Counted from the first letter of the stretch, positions 51,693-60,035 are shown. The stretch: DNA of 62,076 bases from an uncultured Erysipelotrichaceae bacterium (GCA_902800645.1 CADCFC010000001.1:188907-250982); one strand, 5' to 3'. Program-made: numbers and translations. Notes: generated from the sequence alone by a model not told the origin.

Positions 51693-51739
51693 ATAAAAAA
51701 TATTTTTTCTAATCCTCTATATGCTACAATATTGAGCGT

Positions 51740-52543
51740 ATGGCAGACATATATTCAAAGATTAATGAACTTAGAAACGCTGGCAAAGATTTAGTGATTG
51801 TTACCGTCACTGAAAAAGATGACGTCGCTTTTGGAACAGTAGGCGGAGGAGCAATTGAATTCTATGCGAGAAATAAGTGCAAAGAAGTCATCAAAAGTCG
51901 CACCTCATTCACTGAAAAATACTGTTTATTCGATCGCGAAGTTAAAGTAGAGACCGATGAGATTAAACTCAATATGGCTTGCGGTGGTCACGTTACTCTT
52001 TTCTATGAATTTGTCGGACCTAAACAATATGTTTATATTTTCGGTGCTGGTCACTGTGGGGCGGCGTTAGCGAGAGTCCTTAGACCATTAGATTTCTACG
52101 CCACTATTATTGATGAAAGAGATTATGTAATAAACGCCTTAGATGATTCCGCTAATGTGAAGGTCAATCAAGGGTTTGTTAGTTATCTTAGTGAACATAA
52201 GATTCCTGATGGAAGATATATTGTTGTCTGCACTCCAAGCCATCAAAATGACTACAATGTTTTAGATAAAATTTTAGAGCTCAAAATGAAACCTAAATAT
52301 TTTGGAATGCTCTGTTCTAAAAAGAAAGTTAATGATTACCTTGCTAGAGCGATAGAAAAATATGGAGATAACCTAGATTTCTCTAACTTCTATTCTCCTA
52401 TTGGTCTACAAACTGGAGGAGATTCGCCAGAAGAAGTTGCTATATCTATAGCAAGTGAGATACTTTCTGTTCATTACGGTAAAGAAAAACTCTCAGGCCA
52501 CATGAGAGATACAGTTAAAGAAAATCAAAAATATTTTAAATAA
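51740..52543 (+). CDS. xdhC: XdhC/CoxI-family molybdoenzyme maturation factor with apparent in-frame internal deletion
   Basis: GTVGGGAIE, MACGG, IFGAGHCG, SPIGLQTGGDSPEEVAISI; the usual GSxP...GAKM segment before GTVGGG is missing. Confidence 0.8.
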   Translation: MADIYSKINELRNAGKDLVIVTVTEKDDVAFGTVGGGAIEFYARNKCKEVIKSRTSFTEKYCLFDREVKVETDEIKLNMACGGHVTLFYEFVGPKQYVYIFGAGHCGAALARVLRPLDFYATIIDERDYVINALDDSANVKVNQGFVSYLSEHKIPDGRYIVVCTPSHQNDYNVLDKILELKMKPKYFGMLCSKKKVNDYLARAIEKYGDNLDFSNFYSPIGLQTGGDSPEEVAISIASEILSVHYGKEKLSGHMRDTVKENQKYFK

Positions 52544-53917
52544 TCAAATATGGCGAAATTCAAAAATTGAATAGCCATATTTTTTTCTTTTAAAAAACAT
52601 TATAAGTAAAGTCATCGCCATCGATAAGAATTCAGCGACGATAATTGAAACCCAAATTCCATCCACTCCCATAATTAAAGGGAGAATAAAAACAAAAGTT
52701 AATTGGAAGACTAAAGTTCGACAAAAAGAAATAAGAGCGGATATTAATCCATTATTTAACGCAGTAAAGAAGGATGATCCAAAAATAGAAAATCCAGCGA
52801 GAAGATAGCAAACAGAATAAATTCGCATCGCTCTAACTGTAAGAAATAATAAAGATGGATAATCGTTAGCGAAGATATAAGTTAATGGTTCCGCTAAAGC
52901 GAGAGATAAAGAAGACATCACTAATCCAGCAATACCAATAATCACCAAACTCTTTTTTAAAACGTTAGATAATTCTTTCGTATTCTTTGCCCCAAAGTTA
53001 AAGCCGATAACAGGAGCAATTCCTACGGAATAACCAATAAATATTGCGAAGAAAACAAAGCAAACATAAGCAATAATTCCATAAGCGGAAACACCATCTT
53101 CTCCAATATATTTGAGTAGTTGAATATTGAAGACGATATTAATTACGCTTCCCGATATATTAGCGACGAATTCACTACTTCCGTTTGTGATACTTTTAAA
53201 TATATCTTTAAAATCGATTTCAGTCTTTCCTAATCTAATTAGATTATCTTTTTTAAATCGGAAATATAAATATGGACCAAGCGCGGAGATAAACATTCCA
53301 CTTAAAGAAGCGAATGCCGCTCCGATTACCCCTTTATGAAAAACTCCGATTAATAGAAAATCTAAAAGCATATTGATAAATCCACTAACTAAAGAGAAGA
53401 AAAATCCTAGTTCGCTCTTTTCATTTACTGAGAAGAATGGATGGAAATAGCCTTGCATGATATATAGGAAAACTCCACCAATCATGATCCTTCCATACAT
53501 TTCCGCGTTATTAATCATATCTTCCGTCGCATTAATAGAATTAATTGAGGCGAACCCTTGAGCGATTGGTCTTACTAAAAAGAAAAAAATGATGGATAAG
53601 ATTACACCAACAATAAAAGTTACATATGTAATTAATGAGAATGTTTTATTGGCTTTCTCATTTTTTCCTTCTCCTAAATATTTACTGACTAACGCTGCGC
53701 CTCCGCTCCCAAACATAAAGCCGACACAAGCGACAATCATCACCACTGGGAAAATAAGATTAACTCCCGCAAAAGCACTACTAGAAGCGTGATTAGAAAT
53801 AAAGTAGCCATCAACAATCCAATATATTGAAGTAAAAAGCATCATCAAAATTGGAGAGATAGTAAATCTTAAAATCTTCTTATAAGTAAAGTGATCAGAA
53901 AGATGTATTTTTTCCAT
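52544..53917 (-). CDS. MATE-family efflux transporter
   Basis: LSDHFTYKK, IVDGYFIS, LLKYIGEDGVSAYG, 12 TM; start set at MEKIHL. Confidence 0.92.
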   Translation of the reverse strand: MEKIHLSDHFTYKKILRFTISPILMMLFTSIYWIVDGYFISNHASSSAFAGVNLIFPVVMIVACVGFMFGSGGAALVSKYLGEGKNEKANKTFSLITYVTFIVGVILSIIFFFLVRPIAQGFASINSINATEDMINNAEMYGRIMIGGVFLYIMQGYFHPFFSVNEKSELGFFFSLVSGFINMLLDFLLIGVFHKGVIGAAFASLSGMFISALGPYLYFRFKKDNLIRLGKTEIDFKDIFKSITNGSSEFVANISGSVINIVFNIQLLKYIGEDGVSAYGIIAYVCFVFFAIFIGYSVGIAPVIGFNFGAKNTKELSNVLKKSLVIIGIAGLVMSSLSLALAEPLTYIFANDYPSLLFLTVRAMRIYSVCYLLAGFSIFGSSFFTALNNGLISALISFCRTLVFQLTFVFILPLIMGVDGIWVSIIVAEFLSMAMTLLIMFFKRKKYGYSIFEFRHI

Positions 53918-53954
53918 CGAAAAATAATGTATCAAACTTATGTTTATATATAAA

Positions 53955-53980
53955 GAAAAACAATCGAATTCGATTGTTCT
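53955..53980 (-). terminator. Intrinsic terminator after the repeat-protein gene
   Basis: Palindrome AACAATCGAATTCGATTGTT plus T-tract on the minus strand. Confidence 0.7.
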
Positions 53981-54322
53981 TTATGCATATAATAATGCGA
54001 TTAGCATCATCAGTTCCCGATGAGCGATAAATCCAGTTATTTCGTAACGGATTGGTCCGCAATAATCTTTGATATAGCTTCCACTAATCTCGGCGATGAT
54101 TGGACCACAGTATTCTTTAATATAATTGCCTCTCACTTCAAGGAGATATCTACCACAGTATTCTTTAATGTAGTTTCCGCTTATTTCATATAAGTTCCTA
54201 CCACAGTATTCCTTGATATAGTTTCCGTTAAGCTCATATTTAAAAGGACCACAGTATTCTTTGACTCTGCCACCAGTGATTTCTAATATATTAGGACCAC
54301 AATACTTTTTAAGATACGCCAT
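53981..54322 (-). CDS. Six 16-aa tandem-repeat protein (IKEYCG) with C-terminal hydrophobic helix; beta-flower-like
   Basis: Repeats LKKYCG/VKEYCG/IKEYCG x3/IKDYCG at a 16-aa (48-bp) period; own -10 and terminator. Confidence 0.75.
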   Translation of the reverse strand: MAYLKKYCGPNILEITGGRVKEYCGPFKYELNGNYIKEYCGRNLYEISGNYIKEYCGRYLLEVRGNYIKEYCGPIIAEISGSYIKDYCGPIRYEITGFIAHRELMMLIALLYA

Positions 54323-54437
54323 AAGCTACTTTTACATTATATATCACATTAACTTTTTTCTTGTAAAAATCGTCAAATTTGTTTTAATAGATACTAGAAA
54401 GGGTCACTAATTTTACTTGGTGATAATTAAAAATAAT

Positions 54438-54608
54438 ATGTCAACAGTTGAACAACTCAAAGCCGCATTTGAAACTTTTGTCGCGGAAAATGAAAAATTT
54501 GTCGAAAAGGGAAATAAAGCCGCTGCTGGCCGTGCTCGTAAAGCCTTAATGGAACTCGCTAAATTAGCAAAAGTCCGCCGTGCAGAAATCCTCGAAGAAA
54601 AGAAATAA
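54438..54608 (+). CDS. Histone H1-like Hc1-family small basic protein
   Basis: EKFVEKGNKAAAGRARKALMELAKL matches the Hc1 signature KGNKAAxxRARK; start set at ATG 54438; terminator follows. Confidence 0.75.
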   Translation: MSTVEQLKAAFETFVAENEKFVEKGNKAAAGRARKALMELAKLAKVRRAEILEEKK

Positions 54609-54627
54609 GGATTTAGCTTAAACTATA

Positions 54628-54660
54628 TAAAATGCCAATCAATCGATTGGCTTTTATTTT
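54628..54660. terminator. Bidirectional terminator
   Basis: GCCAATC-AATC-GATTGGC flanked by A and T tracts between convergent genes. Confidence 0.7.
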
Positions 54661-55223
54661 TAATAATTTAATAGTCTCCCATAATCATTCCACTCACCAT
54701 ACATTTTTCCTTTTTTGGTTTCATTAATAAGATGGGTGAGTGATTTTTTATACATAACAGGGTCTTTCTTTTTATAAAAAGCAACATTATATGATCTCAC
54801 TCTTTGATATAAAGGTGGAAAAGATTTAAACGCTTTTAATAAATGATGGCTGCTCAGCGCTTTTTTAATATCTTCATCAAGTTTATAACTTCTACTTCCT
54901 AAAGGAGGGAGGACTTTTCTTCCTTCTTTTTCCATTAAACCTAGTTTAATTAATCTTCTCACTCTTTCTTTATTAAGTTCAGTCCAAGGAGATCTTTTGT
55001 TTCGAGGAGAGAAGCGTTGATAAATCACTCCATCAACACTTTTTTGAACACTATCAATCCAGCCAAAGCAAAGGGCTTCTTCAACCGCATCAAGATAATA
55101 GAAACCGTGTTTAGTTGGTTTCCCTCTTTTAACGATCAAATAACATTCTCTAGATTTTTGAGAATGCTCTTTAAGCCAAAGGCGGAACTCTTCACGAGTG
55201 GAAATAGCTAATATGTTATTCAT
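54660..55223 (-). CDS. YdeI/OmpD-associated family protein
   Basis: REEFRLWL, YLDAVEEALCFGWID, FSPR...WTELNKER. Confidence 0.9.
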   Translation of the reverse strand: MNNILAISTREEFRLWLKEHSQKSRECYLIVKRGKPTKHGFYYLDAVEEALCFGWIDSVQKSVDGVIYQRFSPRNKRSPWTELNKERVRRLIKLGLMEKEGRKVLPPLGSRSYKLDEDIKKALSSHHLLKAFKSFPPLYQRVRSYNVAFYKKKDPVMYKKSLTHLINETKKGKMYGEWNDYGRLLNY

Positions 55224-56448
55224 TATTTTAAGAATTTGGAGAGAATTTTCTTTTTCTTTTGGCTATATGGATGCTCTCTTAAAGAAAGATTAAAATGCGT
55301 CTTTCCAAATAAAACCGTAGAAGGATGAGTGAATTCTTTAAATCCCCATTCTCCGTGATAGGCTCCCATACCAGAGTGGCCAGTTCCATTAAATGGAACT
55401 CCTTTCACCATTAAGTGGAGACATACTTCATTAACACAACCTCCACCATATTGAGATGTGGACATTACTTTCTTTGCCCACTTTTTATTTTTGGTAAAGA
55501 GATATAATGCTAAACCGTGTTCTCTATTTTCAATAACTTTCAACAAGGAATTAATCTCATCATCTTCATATCTAACAATTGGTAAAAGAGGTCCAAAGAT
55601 TTCGTGATTAACAATGCCTTCATCAATATTTATAGGATATATAATCGTTGGAGCGTATTTTTGTTTTTCTTTATCACCAACTCCACCATAAACGATTCTA
55701 TCTCTATATTCATTTGCTTCTTTTTCAATATTCTCAAACGCTCGAACAGTAATTAATTTTGGATATTCTTCGTTATTAACTGGATCAGGGCCAATTTGTT
55801 TAGTGAATGCATCTTTTAGTTCTTTAACAAATTCATCTGCGACTTCACTAGCGACAGCAACTTGATTGATATTGATACAAATCTGTCCAGCGTTAGCGAG
55901 TCTAAGCAGTAATCAGCGACATCATGTCCTCCATCAATCACCACTACATATTCTTTTGGAAATGTAGATGAAATGATCTCTTTTAAGACTTCGGTAGACG
56001 CTTTTGATTTACTACTTGCTTTAATTAAAGCAGTGTTACCACCACTAATAGAGGCAGCAAGAACGCCTAAAGATAACAAAAATGGGAAATTAAATGGAGA
56101 AATAATTAAGGACACTCCATAAGGAAGTTTATATACCTTAGTAAAAATAGAAGGGAAACAGGCAAAACCTGAGAAATGTGTTTCTGGTCGATTCCACTTC
56201 CTAAGTCCTTTAATGTATTCGTTTATTTCTAAAATGATTGTGCCGATATCGCAGAAATACGCTTCGACATCACTTCTTCCTAAATCAATATAAAGAGCTT
56301 CTTCAATCTTCTTTTGGTTTAAAAGAAGGGCTTTCTTTAGCTTTTTAAGAGCTTCAATACGGAATTTAATGTCAAGTGTTTTTCCGGTTTGGAAAAATTC
56401 TCTTTGCGCTAAAAAGAGATTATGAATATCTTCTTTACTATATGGCAT
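55223..56448 (-). pseudogene. Aldehyde dehydrogenase (ALDH3-like) pseudogene with internal deletion and frameshift
   Basis: N-half (ISPFNFPF, GGHDVADYCL) joins out of frame at ~55900 to LANAGQICININ...EIFGPLLP...PFNGTGHSGMGAYHG; FTGS and ELGG segments absent. Confidence 0.88.
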
Positions 56449-56498
56449 ATTTATATCCTCTAAAGAAATTCTAACAAATTTCTAATAAGGAGTAATAA

Positions 56499-56775
56499 TT
56501 AAAATTGGACACAGTCGAGAATAAGCATGACGACAAAGCCGAAGATAAATGACCAAACTCCGAAGTGGTCATGACCTTCACTAGTCATCTCTGGAATCAT
56601 TTCTTCAGCAACTACATAAATCATACAACCAGCGGCAAACGCTAACGCCCAAGGCATAATACCTTGAATTTGCATCGCTAAAAATAATCCAACAATAGCG
56701 GCGATTGGTTCTACTACTCCAGATAGCATTCCAAACAGGAACGCTTTGGAAGAAGAAACGGTTTCTCCTTTAACA
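56499..56775 (-). pseudogene. ZIP/ZupT (GufA-like) metal transporter, 3' remnant
   Basis: KGETVSSSKAFLFGMLSGVVEP...AFAAGCMIYVVAEEMIPE are the last three TMs; an in-frame TAG lies upstream and there is no N-terminal part. Confidence 0.8.
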
Positions 56776-56918
56776 ATGATTTTGTTACCTTGGTTAGTGA
56801 TAACTAACTATTATACATATTTTATATGTCTAATCAACTATTACGCTTAAAAAAGATAAATAAAAAATGCATCGCTATAAGTTCTCTAGTAATGCATTTT
56901 AATCAAGATTAATAGGTA

Positions 56919-57647
56919 TTAATAAGAGCACCCGTAAGAAAGAATAATGGTGCCAATTTCTATTCCTGTATGATTATATTGTCCATCTTTTAGTCCAATA
57001 TTGGTATATGTTGAGGTAAATGCAGTGTTATATTCCGCGTCACCTCTATGCCACACACCACTTTGTTCATCTTGTGGGGCAGAATAAGTTAAAGTTGCTA
57101 AAACGGTTAATGATTGTAGCTCGAAGTTTGGGAAACTAAGCTCGGTTAACACTCCCATGTTTTCATCATCAGGGTCTCGTTCAAAAGTGAAATCACCAAC
57201 AAGAATCTTTATTCTGTGTATGTCTAAATAACCTATAGGCCAAACCGGATGATTGTCTTCATTAGGGACAAAATTAGAATTCGCATTTGTCTGTAACGAT
57301 GGTCTATTATTTGAAACTGTGTATCTTGGTACTTCCGTAACATCAACACGATCTTCTGAATCAACAGCTAATATAGCAAGTTTTACATCTCTAACTACTG
57401 TCCCAGGTTCAGTACCCTCACTAGTAGAATGAAACATAAACGCTCTAGCGATAAAACCATCCTCAACGACATATGTGTTTTTACACCATCCATCATATGC
57501 CCAAGTTACGATAGGATATTGGGCGTTGGTTTTTGGCTCACTAGCAAATGCACCAAATTGTTTCATTCTTAAACCGGCTGCAGCAATCACTGTAATAGCG
57601 CTAACAGCCACTAACGAACTAGCAATAAACAAATTTCCTTTTTTCAT
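56919..57647 (-). CDS. Exported hypothetical protein ending in IILSYGC
   Basis: MKK + hydrophobic signal/anchor; beta-rich mature part; TATAAT promoter and downstream hairpin. Confidence 0.7.
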   Translation of the reverse strand: MKKGNLFIASSLVAVSAITVIAAAGLRMKQFGAFASEPKTNAQYPIVTWAYDGWCKNTYVVEDGFIARAFMFHSTSEGTEPGTVVRDVKLAILAVDSEDRVDVTEVPRYTVSNNRPSLQTNANSNFVPNEDNHPVWPIGYLDIHRIKILVGDFTFERDPDDENMGVLTELSFPNFELQSLTVLATLTYSAPQDEQSGVWHRGDAEYNTAFTSTYTNIGLKDGQYNHTGIEIGTIILSYGCSY

Positions 57648-57670
57648 AAATGGTTATTTTTTTCAATTAT

Positions 57671-57704
57671 ATTATACAAAGAACTATATCACAAAAGTAT
57701 TACA
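57671..57704 (-). promoter_or_regulatory. Promoter with 11-bp-period tandem operator (degenerate copy)
   Basis: Minus strand TGTAATA-CTTT-TGTGATA-N10-TATAAT. Confidence 0.5.
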
Positions 57705-57760
57705 ACAAAATAAAAAACATTTCCCAATTAAAATATTGTCTATAAATTAATTTATAAATA

Positions 57761-58727
57761 TTATTTTCTACCTGCAAGAATTCGATAAAGCGGATTAACA
57801 AATCTTTTAAGAACGTATCCAATAGAGACGCTTATGATTGAAGTAATAATCCAAGTTAGAAAGAAAAATAAAACACAATTATAGTTAGTGAGATTCACTC
57901 TCGCTCTAAAGATAAGCCCGAATAATTGAGCAATCGAGAAATGGAAGAAAAATATAAACGCTGAAATCTTAAAGACTTCATGTACACTTTCTTTTTGATA
58001 TAAAGAGAAGAGAACATCAAATGATATCCATAATAATGCAACTTCCAGCAATTAAAGAGGCTATTACTAAAAGCAAAATTAGTGAAAAAGCCCCAATTAA
58101 TCTCGGTTTAAAGTGATTCATGATAGGAATCTTAAAATATGACAAATAGCAGCCAACAAAAAATAGCGGAATCCAAAGGAGTATTCCATAATAATTTGGT
58201 GTGAAGAAAATATAAATAACAAAAACAATAATCGGAATAAATATTGACCACTTCTTTAAATATTTAAAGACGAAATATAAAAGAGGCGAGCATATACAAA
58301 ACACCACTAACGGACGAATAAACCATATATGTAGGCATCCGTTAGAAAGAAAAATATCTAAAGCAACACTTTGAAACGTCAATTCAATCGTTTCTTTTTT
58401 TATCGCAGGAACAATAATTCTTACTGCTAAGAATCCTAAAATACTCCACAAGAAATATGGAATTACTAAAGAAAATAATTTCTTAAGTAACATCTTAGGA
58501 TAATCTTTTAAAACATAGTTATTAAATAACAAGTAACCAGATATTACAAAAAACGTCGGTACTGCTGCATCTCCTAAAGTGAGAAATATCCTTTGGATGG
58601 TTAATGAAAATTGATATCCATTTGCCAAAGGATCAAGAAAACCAGTAAAGGAAGAATGGATCGCAACGACTAAAATCGCCATTATGAAAGTCGCATAATA
58701 AATCTTGTTTGATATTTCCTTGCTCAT
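57761..58727 (-). pseudogene. Acyltransferase-3 family gene split by a frameshift
   Basis: ILVVAIH, AVPTFFVISGY, SLVIPYFLWS, HIWFIR in 58017..58766; C-terminal FIFFFH...ILAGRK in another frame (57761..58051), overlapping at 58017-58051. Confidence 0.8.
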
Positions 58728-58987
58728 AGTTTTGTTAGTCTTAAAATAATCTAACACATTATACAAAATCGTCTAACAAAAAATTAGAGCCATATTATAA
58801 AAAAACATGTAAATTGATTAAAATCTCTTTACATGTAGTAATTATAATAGGTCACTATTTATCCTAAAGATATACATGCTGCAAGAAACGATTTAGATTA
58901 AGAATAATTGCAAACATAATCATCATCAGGAGTGATCATTATATTTTTGGTATTTATAAAATGGTTATTAACAAAATAAATTTTGAA

Positions 58988-59269
58988 TTATAAGCGGTTC
59001 CACTTCTTTCCGCATCCTTTGCAGCGAGCCCAACCATCTTTTACTACAACGTCGTTGCAACCGCAGAATGGGCAATCAGACTGATTAATTGCATCTCCAA
59101 TATCTGAAACAACGCTACAAGCTCCACCACCACTAATAGCAGAAAGTTGTTCATCAGTGAGCTCAATGCCTTCTTCTTTTGCTAACGCTAATAGTTCATC
59201 GTGGTTTTTACATTGTTTTACTTTTTTGATTTGTTCTTCGGTTAATCCTTTTAATAATTCTTTTTTCAT
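58988..59269 (-). CDS. Nif11-like leader, double-glycine precursor peptide 1 with zinc-ribbon-like core
   Basis: ELLALAKEEGIELTDEQLSAISGG leader; core with CPFCG...CKGCGKKW; GGAGGAG SD before ATG 59269. Confidence 0.85.
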   Translation of the reverse strand: MKKELLKGLTEEQIKKVKQCKNHDELLALAKEEGIELTDEQLSAISGGGACSVVSDIGDAINQSDCPFCGCNDVVVKDGWARCKGCGKKWNRL

Positions 59270-59294
59270 ATTAATACTCTCCTCCACAATTAAT

Positions 59295-59328
59295 AAGTTA
59301 TCACATTGATTGTCACAGATGTGTCACA
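59295..59328 (-). promoter_or_regulatory. Promoter with 11-bp-period tandem operator
   Basis: Minus strand TGTGACA-CATC-TGTGACA-N10-TAACTT (TGn-extended -10). Confidence 0.6.
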
Positions 59329-59349
59329 AATAGATTTTTATCTTTGCAA

Positions 59350-59538
59350 CTATTTATTACCAATAGGATCACCGTTTTCATCAACTTCCACATTATCTAA
59401 TGATGGGACAACATATTTTTTGAAATTATTCATAAATTCTGTTGATTGAGAGGAGGAATATGGAGTAAATGAATCACAATCTAATCTCATTTGATTAGCG
59501 GTAGTACCCACTAAATTGGTATATATAGAATATTTCAT
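59350..59538 (-). other. Short ORF, probable 3' remnant of an unknown gene
   Basis: Protein-like composition but ATG sits directly behind a terminator-like hairpin with no SD. Confidence 0.3.
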
Positions 59539-59540
59539 AG

Positions 59541-59582
59541 AAAAGCGCCACTTTCCTAATGTCTAGGATTTGTGGCACCTTT
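59541..59582 (-). terminator. Terminator-like hairpin after precursor 2
   Basis: GGTGCCAC-AAA-TCCTA-GACAT-TAGGA-AA-GTGGCGCT-TTT. Confidence 0.55.
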
Positions 59583-59624
59583 CAATGTGAGTGTGCTATT
59601 ACTATTAAAGGATTTTGAAAATAA

Positions 59625-59903
59625 TTATTTTTTGCTCCATTCATGACCGCATTTTGTGCAAGTGAGATCATAACCAACAAATGGGAACCAAACCCATTCA
59701 GTTTTAGTTGATCCACATTTTGGACATTTTACGTCACTAGGAGGTTCAGATGTACATCCACCGCCGCTAACAGCCTCTAATTGTTCATCAGTGAGTTCAA
59801 TACCTTCTTCTTTTGCTAACGCTAAAAGTTCATCACTATTTTTACAGGCTTTAACCTTAACGATTTGTTCCTCGGTTAAGCCTTTTAATAATTCTTTTTT
59901 CAT
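59625..59903 (-). CDS. Nif11-like leader, double-glycine precursor peptide 2 with zinc-ribbon-like core
   Basis: ELLALAKEEGIELTDEQLEAVSGG leader; core with CPKCGS...CTKCGHEW; AAGGAG SD. Confidence 0.85.
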   Translation of the reverse strand: MKKELLKGLTEEQIVKVKACKNSDELLALAKEEGIELTDEQLEAVSGGGCTSEPPSDVKCPKCGSTKTEWVWFPFVGYDLTCTKCGHEWSKK

Positions 59904-59929
59904 ATACTAAGCTCTCCTTCAACAATATC

Positions 59930-59962
59930 ATTTTAGCAAATCAACGTCACAAAAGTGTCACA
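59930..59962 (-). promoter_or_regulatory. Promoter with 11-bp-period tandem operator
   Basis: Minus strand TGTGACA-CTTT-TGTGACG-N9-TAAAAT (TGn-extended -10). Confidence 0.6.
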
Positions 59963-59963
59963 T

Positions 59964-59997
59964 AAAAATAAAAGGACATACAAGTTTGTATATCCTT
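59964..59997 (-). terminator. Intrinsic terminator just downstream (minus strand) of the left tRNA-like repeat
   Basis: AAGGATATACAA-AC-TTGTATGTCCTT-TTATTTTT. Confidence 0.7.
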
Positions 59998-60008
59998 AAC
60001 CTACAAAT

Positions 60009-60027
60009 TGGCTCTCTTGTTTGATTT
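60009..60027. repeat. 19-bp direct repeat, left copy (att-like)
   Basis: TGGCTCTCTTGTTTGATTT; 18/19 identical to 62058..62076. Confidence 0.9.
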
Positions 60028-60035
60028 GGACACAA

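Noticed and set aside
51589-51739. Cobalamin or Moco riboswitch upstream of the ECF-like gene or xdhC
   Set aside because: No B12-box or Moco consensus visible, and both predicted promoters lie too close to their start codons
53981-54322. 48-bp periodic repeats as a CRISPR array
   Set aside because: Repeats are in-frame coding units with synonymous variation; no spacer structure or cas genes
558-55211. Numerous 60-165 aa ORFs antisense to or overlapping housekeeping genes (e.g. 15963..16373, 24226..24723, 30652..31032, 36817..37203, 43542..43790)
   Set aside because: Shadow frames of well-supported genes; no motifs, SD or independent signals
58800-58980. Inverted repeat ACATGTAAA...TTTACATGT and a short tail VTIYPKDIHAARNDLD*
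   Set aside because: Too short and AT-rich to assign; possibly another gene remnant
58988-59903. Diversity-generating retroelement or complete lanthipeptide cluster as source of core variation
   Set aside because: No reverse transcriptase, no TR/VR pair with adenine-specific differences, and no modifying enzymes in the window
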